64,000 nucleotides of DNA from NCBI RefSeq assembly GCF_902652985.1, contig NC_047025.1, positions 6,386,001 to 6,450,000 of the forward strand. Reading direction: 5' to 3'. The translations under genes were made by a program, and so were the position numbers. The notes below the pieces were generated by a model. The model made no database searches and had not been told where the DNA came from. It saw nothing but the letters and a program-made list of their open reading frames with translations. Positions within the stretch are counted from its first letter, which is position 1. Each line of letters starts with the position of its first letter. This stretch comes from Pecten maximus (lineage: Eukaryota). Of the stretch, positions 52,571 to 63,188 are shown in pieces.

Positions 52571-52680
52571 ACAGGGACATGTCTAGTCTTAAATTAAAAA
52601 ATAGCCAGAAATACCTATATATGTCAATATATATAGGTATTTCTGGCTATTTTTTATTATAAGACTAGACATACCCCTGT
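52571..52680. repeat. ~110-bp near-perfect palindrome
   Basis: acaggg..atgtctagtctta..taaaaaatagccagaaatacctatatat / atatataggtatttctggctattttttatt.taagactagacat..ccctgt. Confidence 0.85.
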
Positions 52681-55600
52681 AGTTATACCCTGGAGTATGA
52701 CCAAACACAAAGCAAAGCTGATGAAATCTGACAACGTTACGTACATGTATATATAATACTCATACATACAGATGTTTATGATTGTCTGATTATGGTTCGA
52801 CTTCGTACAGCTGTAGATTTCATTTTTATTATTTAAACAGACCTAGGTTCAACACAAAAATACTTACAGAGTACCTGATTGGCCGCCTCTCATCGTCAGA
52901 ATCAGAGTTCGCCATTACCAAGCTATCATCTCAAATCATCATCTACAAATAGATACGGAGACAAACTTATTTTTAGAGATCGTATGATGAATGTGTCAAT
53001 AGTTGGACACAATGGAGGTTATTTTAAGTGTTACATCACCGAACTGTCACAGCTAGAGCGTATCATCATAGCCGCGTGCAGATCACTAAAATGAACATCA
53101 TGGGCTGATATTTTGAAATAGATGAAACTTTATGACAAAATATTGACGGAGGCCGAATGTCTTCATAGCCATGTTACGCTATGCTGTTGATAGTGTGGTT
53201 TATATATGAAACTATTTCCGCCTGGCACAAAGATAATATAGCACTATGCGTTGTAATCGTAAGCAATAATAATGAAATTAAGATATGAAGGTAAATATGG
53301 AAGACACTTTTGTAATTATGATTTAAGAAAAAATAAACGGAATATGGCGAATAGGGAAAACTTTGTTGATGACTATTATTATTATTACATTCTTAACGGC
53401 CTATTGACACTGAACATTATAACATAAGAGGCCGCTGGTCGGCTCTTTTTCTATCGGATATATGATTTTGCCTGTCAAAAGTACCTCGCCGTGTAAAACC
53501 TCTAACATTGTTGGAGTACTTACTCTGAAGACCCATATTCTACTATTGCATTATATATACTTAATAGCAAAGATAGTGGTACCGTTGGCTATAGTGACCA
53601 TCTTGGATTTCTGACCAACACGAAAATTAACAATACTTGGCCAGGACCATCTCAGGATCATAACAGACATTATAAGCACGTTTGAGATGAATCACACTAA
53701 AGTGGAACGTCAGAAGAAGTTTGAAATAGGCGTTGCTCAGGAAAACAATGATTGCGCAATCATGTAACAAAATGGCTGTCATGGCTGTCATATCAATGTT
53801 TTAAGAGGCCGATATTTGTTGTTGTTTTTTCTTTGTTTTTTGTTGATATGGCCGCCATGGATTTCGGACTGACATGGAAAATAACATCACTTATTGAGGA
53901 CCTTCATGATCATTTCTGGAAAGTTAGAGCTGAAAACAACTGGTAGAACTTGAAAAGAAGTGTGAAAAGTTTACGAACGGCGCACGTGAGACGACCCACG
54001 GCGTAAGACGACGGACGAAGCACGTGCATGACGCGTACAATGAATATAGATCAGCCTGACCATTCGGGTCAGTAACCATAATGTATAAGTACTGTACTAC
54101 AGTATATTAAGATAATATGTTGTCATAGAAATTATCTCTTTGATACCATAGCGTTTGCTGTCGACTTTAACACCTATACCGTACACGGAAGATGATAACA
54201 CAAAGCCGGTGTTATAGATTATTAGGCGTGATAGGTTAAAAATAGAATCACTGTCGGGTTCTCCCTCTCCGGTAAAGCTCTTTACTTACCATATATGCCG
54301 TATAAAGTATGCTGTATGTACAGTAATCCTGCCCTGATTTTAGTACACAGGCCGTCACACAATCGGTAGGGTATTATACACACATAAAATATACAATATC
54401 ATATTAGCCTTGGCCTAGTTTGCCATTATCTTACCTGACGATGGTATCAGAAGTTGACCCAATATCTGTAGGTCTGTATAGGTGAACCGTCCGTATGATA
54501 CTGAGATATTTAATATGTCACATGGCCGGTGTTTTTCCTTGTCACAAGACCACTATCAAGAATCTCGATCGATTTGTTAGTTGAAAAATAAATCTATAGT
54601 CTGTTTCACAATACTACATAACCGAAATCGATTGTTGAATTATAGGATTTACCGCACAGCTAAAGGTGACTTCAATCTAATACATTATATATTTCATTTC
54701 ACATATCCTATACATATACCTAGCTAGCATACACCCTCTCTTCTTTCAAAATCAGACTAGTAAAACAATTTCGCCAGCCTCCATTATTAACAAACTCTTC
54801 TTTTAAATTGTAAATGTTATCAGGGACATATGTTGATTCACAAATTAACTAGTTCGAGTTAGATAAACATTATTAACATTTAACAACCGTCAATCGTTGG
54901 GGAACATGTTTATTCCATAACGTCTTCACCTTAGTACCGAGATCAAATTCTCCCATTATATCAGCTCTCCTGTGAGCCGAATCACTTCGCGACAAAATAT
55001 ACATTTGTAGTTCGTTAAGAAGGAAAGTTTTTCATCTATTTTAGAGGAACGACTAATGTTTATGATAGTATATTCGTAAGATATGTAATTTTACAATGTG
55101 AAATATTAGTATGACTATCACTGCGTTTGCATCTTTATTAATAGGACACTTGTTGAATGACTCCGAGAAAATATTTAAAGACGACACTGCGAAGACGAGC
55201 TAAATATTAGACTAATCACTGTCAATTCAATTATCGGTAACTTCCTGGACTTGGTAGGTATGCTATCATTGTTTATAGTGTTTACACACAAGTGTCAGTT
55301 TTGGTTCGCCGTGATCAATGCGATATGACACATCGTGTATTCTGTTTTACATTAAATTATATTTATTACTACTCAAACCCCAGATTAACCGACCTTTCCA
55401 TAAGGATACCCCTCTCACCCAGTTATTCCAAAGTTAACCCCTGGTAAATCCACGAAACGCGTCCAGGTTGATGTTTCGAATGACACAGAGTAGTAAATGT
55501 AGTCCTTGGTCAAAGACCAGAGGTTAAACAATTTTTTGGGGTCAGAAATGACCAATCGGAGGCTTTGAAAGTTGCTAAACACCGTAGTGTGTCAACAAAA

Positions 55601-56915
55601 ACAATAACACATTGTTACGAATTTTATCATGTGTCATATCACTTGTGAAACAAGCATAGTTATCGGATAGATGGAAATTTCACACAAGTAAATGTTTGGA
55701 TAATAAAATAAAGATATAAATGTGCCCAGGGTAAGTGTAAAATGTATCTCAACCAAAGGGGAATTCCTAATTAGAATGTGGACAATTTCAAAAATTTACC
55801 AAAAAAAACTTAAAATGTTGACAATCTTATGCGTTTTATTGCCGTTACATTAAAACACAACATTCCTGTCGTCGCGTGACATAATAGAATATTCGACTGA
55901 CGTGACGTAATCATAATGTTCAGTGAATAGTTGTGAATGGAAAATCCCCACACTTAAATCCTAGAGGTGTTTACACAATCTTTAACTAATTTGGGGATAA
56001 GACATGCAGTGGAATATAGTAAGCTAACCAATAAGAGGAGTGTTTTGAACGGATAAATAGAGGATATCTAACAGTGTCTTCAGTAATACCAAATATATTT
56101 CACGAGTGGGGCTAATATTTTGATATTTTTCACGAGTGCGAAGCACTTGTTATTCTGTTTATTACATTTTTTTATCAACGAAAAACCTACCCCGTATGCT
56201 AACTAGGCCTACAGCGAAAGTTTGCATACAAGAAAAGTAGTTCCCCCTGTCCAGGTGCTGACATATATGTCAGGCTTTCTGATTGGTCAATTATTTTCGT
56301 ATTTTCTAATCATTAATTTGATTGGTCAAATCAGCAAAAGTGATATTTTTCACTAGTGAAAAATATCACTTTTATAGAATGAATAATTTTTTATATTTCA
56401 CTGGTAAAAATGTAATAAATGATATAATCTCTGAATCTGTTTGTCTACTTATGTTACATTGACGTTAAATCAATGCAAGGTATTGCTGAAGAGACGTATT
56501 GATCGTCTACATGATTTGAATGAGTCATTTTATTGTTTACAAAACCCCATAGACTATTATCTTAACACGGAAGAATAACACAAGTCGCATATATACGATT
56601 TATATGTTGTTTTTTTATTAATCTTTTGTATAAAAATTGTACAGAATTATGAACTATTGTGATTTTCAAAATGATTAATCAGTCACATGGATATGCCGTC
56701 ATTTTGATTATAACTTGACTTCACAACAAGGCAAAGGTAAAACTCTCAGACAGATAGGACGGGGTAGAAAAACCTTACACTGTATATCTCATGAAATCTT
56801 TCTGTCACATTTTACAATGAAAACAATAAAAATAATTTACTATCTATTGTACCATACTGCGAAAGGACAAAACAAAAGAAATGATCCTCCTTTTTAGATA
56901 TTTGCAAATCAATGG

Positions 56916-56976
56916 ATGAAGAAGTACTTTATCATCATACATCTGTACATATTTATACAAGGTTCAGGCATTCTTG
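56916..56976 (+). CDS. Pseudo-OTU x4 / ApoL fusion gene, coding exon 1 (signal-peptide-like)
   Basis: ATG MKKYFIIIHLYIFIQGSGIL G|GTAATA; the phase-1 donor fits the acceptor at 57066/57067. An acceptor ttttag at 56897 is in frame, so further upstream coding is possible. Confidence 0.6.
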
Positions 56977-57066
56977 GTAATAGCTGATAAATATGTAGGA
57001 CAACTGTTAAGCCTTTTGTCGGTCAGGCTATGTTATTTAAACCGAGTAAATAACTGATAACCGCAG

Positions 57067-58281
57067 AAGGCTTTAACAACATTGGTGTGAATGCACCAGA
57101 TACAGTATACGTCATGCCGGACCAAATTACCACGGAACTGGACTTACCATTAAATTCCTTAGTGGAACGAGGCTACAAAGTTAAATATAAGCCAGAAGCT
57201 TGGGATGATGATAGCTTCTATCGTATTGTTAGTTCTGAAAAATGGCAGAGTTTCGGACATCCGAAGGCTGCAAGAAGTGAAATAGAGAAGGTACAAACGG
57301 ACAAAGACCATCTGTTATTCTTCCTGGCATTTGAACCAAAATGTGATACAAGTATCACTGAAGCCATCGATCTTAAAGAAAATTTGAAAAATGACTTGAA
57401 CACGAGCAAAGCTGCGAGGGCCATCCCCACGCGTCGTGACATATATGCAGCAGCCGAATTTCTTCAAAAAACCATACATATGATCTATTGGCACCCCAAC
57501 GATGTTCAAAAAGAAGTCTTCAATCCACCCTTTTCATCACACGGTGCAGACGATATCATATATATTCTATCAGTCAGTCAAGAAAACAAAACTGCGTTCA
57601 TACAGTTAACAAAAATGGAAGATGCTGCTGTTATAGATATTGCTAAACACAGTCAGTGTCACGGAATGACGTTCCGCAGATCATTTAGTCATCGACCTCA
57701 CGCTACTAGAGAAACAAACACAGAACTTAGCGAGGGGAGTTGGGAAGTTGACAAAAGCGTGGAAAAGAGTAAGAGGAATTTCCTCTTCTGTTCGTTGAGT
57801 AAAGCATTTTATGGAACACAGGGTTACCATTGGTACGTACGCGAACTCATAGTAAAATTTTTGCGAGAGGAGACTTTGGCTGAGGTTTTCTTTGAAAGCA
57901 AGGACGAAGAGGCTGATAAGGAAAAACAAACCTTAACAGAAAAGCAAAAAGTCACCAAAAAGAAAACGGAACGCGAAGAATATATATCGAGTTTACAAAA
58001 AGAATCCGTAGATGCTGGGAGGACAGAACTCTATGCAGCCGCGTTCATTTTCAGAACACGGGTTTTCGTGCAAAGACCTAGTCAAGATTACTGGGACGCT
58101 TACTTCCCTCTTTGCGTGCCAGAAAACACACGTCAACGATCTTATATTACCTTGGAAAAATTCCACAAACTACTTGTTTCAAGAGAAAGAGAATGCAACT
58201 GTTTACTGAGAGAACCGCCAGTTGAATACCTCGATAGTATCAGCAGAGAAAGACTGATGTCGTTGGCTACAAAGTTTGTTG
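57067..58281 (+). CDS. Pseudo-OTU x4 / ApoL fusion gene, exon 2 (OTU-like repeats 1 and 2)
   Basis: 1215-nt open exon, cag|AA ... G|GTAAG. RNFLFCSLSKAFYGTQGYHWYVRELIVKFL...EEYISSLQKESVDAGRTELYAAAFIFRTRVFV parallels OTU DGNCLFRA...YG...H..R...EEY...WGG.ELxA. Confidence 0.85.
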
Positions 58282-59429
58282 GTAAGCGTTTTCGCTCCAT
58301 CAGTAATGCTTAAGGGGCTTCGTTTTAAACAAAATGTTCTGGTTTTGCCTTGTTGTAATGCAGCATTTTTTGTTGATATCGGCTGTGGTGATATCCGGAA
58401 TGTTATCCATGTTTATATCTTTTATATCTGGACATACTTCGGATCAAAGTTTGATAAAATCTCTTTGATCATTTGAAGGATAAGATTTTTATGTTCATTT
58501 TCGTACTCATCTCTTCTATTGGCCCCGTTGGAGTGTCACGCGTATGAAGGTTTATGTTGCACGCGTTGTTGAAAAAAACCTAAACAGATTTATAATTGAA
58601 TAGGTGTATGATACTACATTTTGTTAGTTCTACTCCTTTTATAGATAGATGCGCTTTTATGGTGCCCTAAGGGCACTATAAGAATCTTTCCACTAGTTCC
58701 AGCTTACCCAAGTAGTCATGTGACCAGCACGAGACTTTAGTGTGGAAAAAACACCTCCTCTTTTCAATATAGTTAGAAATTAGAAAGAGATGTCATACAT
58801 TCGTCCAAAAATAAAAAAAATATATAGATATGATGGAGAACGTATTCGATTATTCATAAACTGTATGCTTACAACTTCGTTTTCTGATTGTGAAGACACC
58901 ATGCACTTGTAAGCTATGCGACGTCATCGTAATGAACATATTGCAACAATGAACAACAATGTACAATAATATATTTTTAACATAATTACACTAAAGAACA
59001 ATGGAGCGCACAATCGCATCTTCACCTTTTTGATAACTTTTGGAAAAATCTGCTTTCACGCAAGGCTGATTATATTGAAAAGTGTGTCAGATGAGTTAAC
59101 TGAGATCTTGCAAAGTCCTTCAAATTCACCCATGGGCGCAAATGTATACAAAACGTATATTAACCATGTCGATCAGGTACATCATGTAGATATGAAATTA
59201 AGGACACTTAAACTGTTTGACATCAGCTGCTTAACCTCGACTGTTCCTGCAGGTAACACACGTGACTGCTCACAACTAAGTTTTATAATAATCGTGATTA
59301 TAACATTTCCAAGATTGTTAGTTTTCTGTTTCTGCATAGGGATATTAACACTACATTTTGTCCCTCATGGAAAGCTATCAGACCTCAAAATTGCGAACAT
59401 AACATCTTTTGCATTATTTGATTATATAT

Positions 59430-60017
59430 GGTAGCACACTACAGTAGGACAGCCTGGCCATGGGCAATTTTTTTGTTAAGCAAATATATTATGATATGCA
59501 TAAAAATGAAAAAATAAATGTACACTATAATTGGTATATTCTGTATGAAGTAGTACATACAGGCTTCACATTTGTTAAAACAAAAATTAATAAATTGGTT
59601 CCGGCTTTTAAATTTCCGGATTTTCCGAAAGTGTGTTTAGATAGCGGAAAAACTCAATTTACAACATATGTCAAAACAAGATTAATTCTATCTTTGGAAT
59701 AGAGATATTTAATTTTAGATAGGTTTTAGAAAAAAAAATTGTGTAGAGAATGGTGTTATTTTGGGTCAAATATCATAATATTTTGCAATTTTTGAGCATT
59801 TTTTAAGCTGTTACCATGGTATTCACAGCTCTAAAAATCACAGAAAATATCGGTTTACTTATCCTTCAGAGCTGTATTAAAGTTGCAAATGTTGTACAGA
59901 TTACAAATATATATACTTTATTAGAGGTTATATGTAGGGTTACCTGGCAATGTTTACATATCTAAAACATGTGCCATATTTTTCAGAATTGGGCATTTCT
60001 ACTGTACACTGCTACCT
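59430..60017. mobile_element. Intronic MITE-like element (possibly Kolobok-type)
   Basis: Imperfect inverted termini ggtagcacactacagtag / ctactgtacactgctacc around an AT-rich interior. Confidence 0.45.
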
Positions 60018-60064
60018 ATATTTGTAATATGTATAGTGATTACATCGTTATCGTGGATTTTCAG

Positions 60065-60216
60065 TGAACAAAAGTGGCTCGATATGTTGTCCAACAACGA
60101 CGAGACACGCCGGACATCACAATCATTTGGACGAATTCTGCAAAAAGGAGAAGACCACATACAAAGCTAGAACAAAGATAATTATCTTTTTTTGCCAATC
60201 ATCAGATACTATTTAG
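60065..60216 (+). other. Orphan/alternative exon duplicating the Cys/His-rich start of exon 3
   Basis: ttttcag| then phase-1 frame VNKSGSICCPTTTRHAGHHNHLDEFCKK, similar to exon 3 VKTREQVCCPGEGRHGRHRHLDAFCQT. No GT donor after the motif before the TAG at 60214-60216. Confidence 0.65.
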
Positions 60217-60258
60217 GCGTAATTAAGTAAGAATACAAATATTCGCTTTTATTTGTAG

Positions 60259-60777
60259 TGAAGACAAGGGAGCAGGTATGTTGTCCTGGAGAAGGGAGAC
60301 ATGGTAGACACAGACACCTGGACGCCTTCTGCCAAACGACGACGAAGATACAACGCCCACAAGACAGGCATATGCCTTCACCAGACGTCCCGGGTATAGA
60401 TGGAAGGACATTGGACAAAGTATCCGGAGAAAGTGCTACCTTCCAACATTGTCTCCACAAACTGATATACGGAACCGATGAAGTTTCTGAAGACTTTGAG
60501 GTACGGGAAGAAGCTCCCGATAAAAACTACCTAGAGTGTATAGCACAATGGCTCCAGAAAAGCATTTTCGTTTATTCTTCATTGTCTAGTTCATGGGAGG
60601 TCTACAATCCCGACGAAGGTTCAGACATCGAGAAATATTTGACTGGAGAAAGGAAGAAATGCCGGTATTACATTACCCTTTTCTACGACCACTGTGCTGA
60701 CAGATACGACATCATCACTCCCTTAGAGGGCTGCAATTGTGCATTGAGGCCACCAACGTTTGATAAAAGCAATTCAG
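60259..60777 (+). CDS. Pseudo-OTU x4 / ApoL fusion gene, exon 3 (OTU-like repeat 3, internally shortened)
   Basis: ttgtag|TG ... G|GTAAG, 519 nt; KVSGESATFQHCLHKLIYGT...LECIAQWLQKSIFVYS...YITLFYDHCADRYDII...CNC. Confidence 0.85.
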
Positions 60778-61253
60778 GTAAGATCTGTACTTATGCAATT
60801 TAATTAGATGCTATTGTTAATGTCATTTTTACATTCTTAACGACCCAGCAACATCAATACCGCTAAAATTATGCATACATAAATCGTTGTAATTATAGAG
60901 TGATGCGACCTGAAACGGAATTGAAATATTATTGTTTTGCGATTATTTAGGTTCATGGATCTACAAAACAGGAATGCAGACACTTTTGATTTTCGTAACT
61001 AAGAGAAAGTTTTAGTTTTGTGATATTTTAAATGATAGAATGCCTCATAATGTTTTCCAACAGTGATGATTACAGTCATAGTCGCTTTAATTTACCTCCT
61101 CACTTGATCCATATACACGATAACGTAAGCGGCGTATATACATGTACTATAAAAATGCCGGTTAATGAATGTGAAGACAAATGTACCTTCAAAATGTAAA
61201 AATCATATTGGTAGGAAATAGATAAACAGTAATAATTTAATTTTTATTAATAG

Positions 61254-62021
61254 ATGAAAAACGGTTCATTCGGAAAGAAGACAGACATAATCCTCTCGTG
61301 GAATTCTTTTTGGACGATGGTGTCAATAACTGCTTCAGCGATGAAAAACAAAAAATCTTGCCGACGGAGGGAGGTTGGCAAATATGTGAAGCATATCGTC
61401 GACCAGATATGAAATTTCGTGAAGTAGATGAAGGGCATGGTACACATACCTTGTTCACATGTATCAGCATGGAGATATTTGGGAATGAAGAACAAGCTGC
61501 AAAAATTGAAGAGCTAGTTACCAAAGAAATGCTAGAGAATGCTGGGATATACGTCAGCTTACTCGATGTGAAATCCCGTTTGAAACACAGTACAACGACT
61601 TTGCAGCAGGAAGTTGACAAAACCCTGGTGCCTTTCCTCCTTCTCTTTGGTCATTTACCATTGCTTGCCGCAGCGACAGTATTTCAAACGCCTATCTACG
61701 TGTTGAAAGTTGAACCTACTGAGGAGAAAGGCTGGAAGAGTAGTTGGTGCTCATTTACACAGGTCAGAAGAAAGAACGCACCAAGAAATATGCCTTCTAT
61801 ACAAAGCAAATGCCGACAAGACGGGAATTCTGACAGTTATTACGTAACGCTTCTCCAGGATCCATACGGGAATTTCTTCCGAATCATACCAAATGGAGGA
61901 AAGGTATGCAACTGTCAGTTAAAAGAGCCCAATGTACCAGAAGAATATGTTTCATTTCCTCTATTGCCAGAGAAAATTCTTTCAAAATCGATTGCTTCAC
62001 AACGCCAACTTGATTGGGAAG
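61254..62021 (+). CDS. Pseudo-OTU x4 / ApoL fusion gene, exon 4 (OTU-like repeat 4)
   Basis: taatag|AT ... G|GTAAG, 768 nt; EVDEGHGTHTLFTCISMEIFGNEE...LLAAATVFQTPIYVL...YVTLLQ...CNC. Confidence 0.85.
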
Positions 62022-62412
62022 GTAAGTTTATTGCGCAGAAATTTAAATCACTAAATATTTTTTACCAAATGCTTATGTTTCAATTGCAATAAACACATAT
62101 TCAGCGTATCCATAAATTCTATAAAAAGATCATCAATAAAAAATTATTATTATCATTAAACATCATCTGCTTAGAATGTATCGTGACCCTTTCATCTAGA
62201 CGATTCTCGATCGAACGGGAAAAAGTACGCATATCACGTGTTCGACCACATGAGCTTTCTCTCTTACTAAGGTATCCTTCATCATTAAGGCCCGTCGCGT
62301 GCTTCCATCTGGACACTCAAGAGTAATTAAAATAAGTTCCAAAAATTGATTCACAATTTTTATACAATTGTCTCAAGATAAGCGTAGAGCATAATCGACT
62401 TTTGTTTGGTAG

Positions 62413-63188
62413 TTGCAGATGCTGAAATCACACAAAAATTCCGGGAGCTGGATAACGCACTGGGCAAAAACCTACAGAACCTAAGACAGATGAAGAAACT
62501 GGTATCTACACAACTGCTGATGTATGACGTTATCGTCGCATTGTTTGAAGGTCGACGACGCAATATCAATATAGCCTCTATAGCAGGTAGCTCCACATCA
62601 ACCGTTGGTACTGTGCTGCTCATATTAGGTATCGCCTTGGCACCTGTAACTATGGGATCAACATTGGGCCTGACTGTGGCCGGCGGGGTTATTTCTGTCG
62701 TTGGTAGTGCTGGTGTGATAGGTTCTAGGGTAGTCGAGGGCGCACTCACCAAATATCAACTCCGTGCTTTAATAGTTATCCATGAACTTTTGGATACTTT
62801 ATCGAAGGACGCCGCTCAATCAAACGATACATTTTTAAAGCTTGTATCCGAAATGGCGTCCTTTGTAGAAGGGGATGTGGGCGACCTTGGAGAAAATACC
62901 TCTGGTATCGGGCTGGGTATGTCGCCGGCTGTCGGGAGATTAATGGGCAGTTTTCATATTGTTCCTATCATTATTGCTAGGGCCACAGCCCAAGTATCCT
63001 CCATAATTGTCGGAAGCGTTGTAGGGGGTCTTTCTCTTTTCATAGACGCTGCAATCATTGCATATGCCGCTTACAACCTGAACAAGGGGAACAAAACGTC
63101 GACGTCAGAAATTATTCGAAAAAATGCACATTTGCTCAAAGCAATCAATGAGAAGCTAGAATCGTACGTACATGGCAATGTGAAGTAA
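62413..63188 (+). CDS. Pseudo-OTU x4 / ApoL fusion gene, terminal exon: apolipoprotein L domain
   Basis: NIASIAGSSTSTVGTVLLILGIALAPVTMGSTLGLTVAGGVISVVGSAGVIGSRVVE (ApoL LAPxTxG hydrophobic hairpin) and C-terminal GGLSLFIDAAIIAYAAYNLNKGNKTSTSEIIRK. Phase-1 acceptor at 62412 (alternative 62418); AATAAA at 63256-63261. Confidence 0.88.

Noticed and set aside
56484-56515. ctgaagagacg...cgtc hammerhead-like motif
   Set aside because: The required GAAA after stem II is absent.
59030-59702. 134-aa and 80-aa plus-strand ORFs inside the fusion gene intron
   Set aside because: No similarity to the repeat units, no convincing phase-1 boundaries, and partial overlap with a MITE-like element.
57218-62752. 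Minus-strand ORFs opposite the OTU/ApoL exons
   Set aside because: Antisense shadows of real coding exons.
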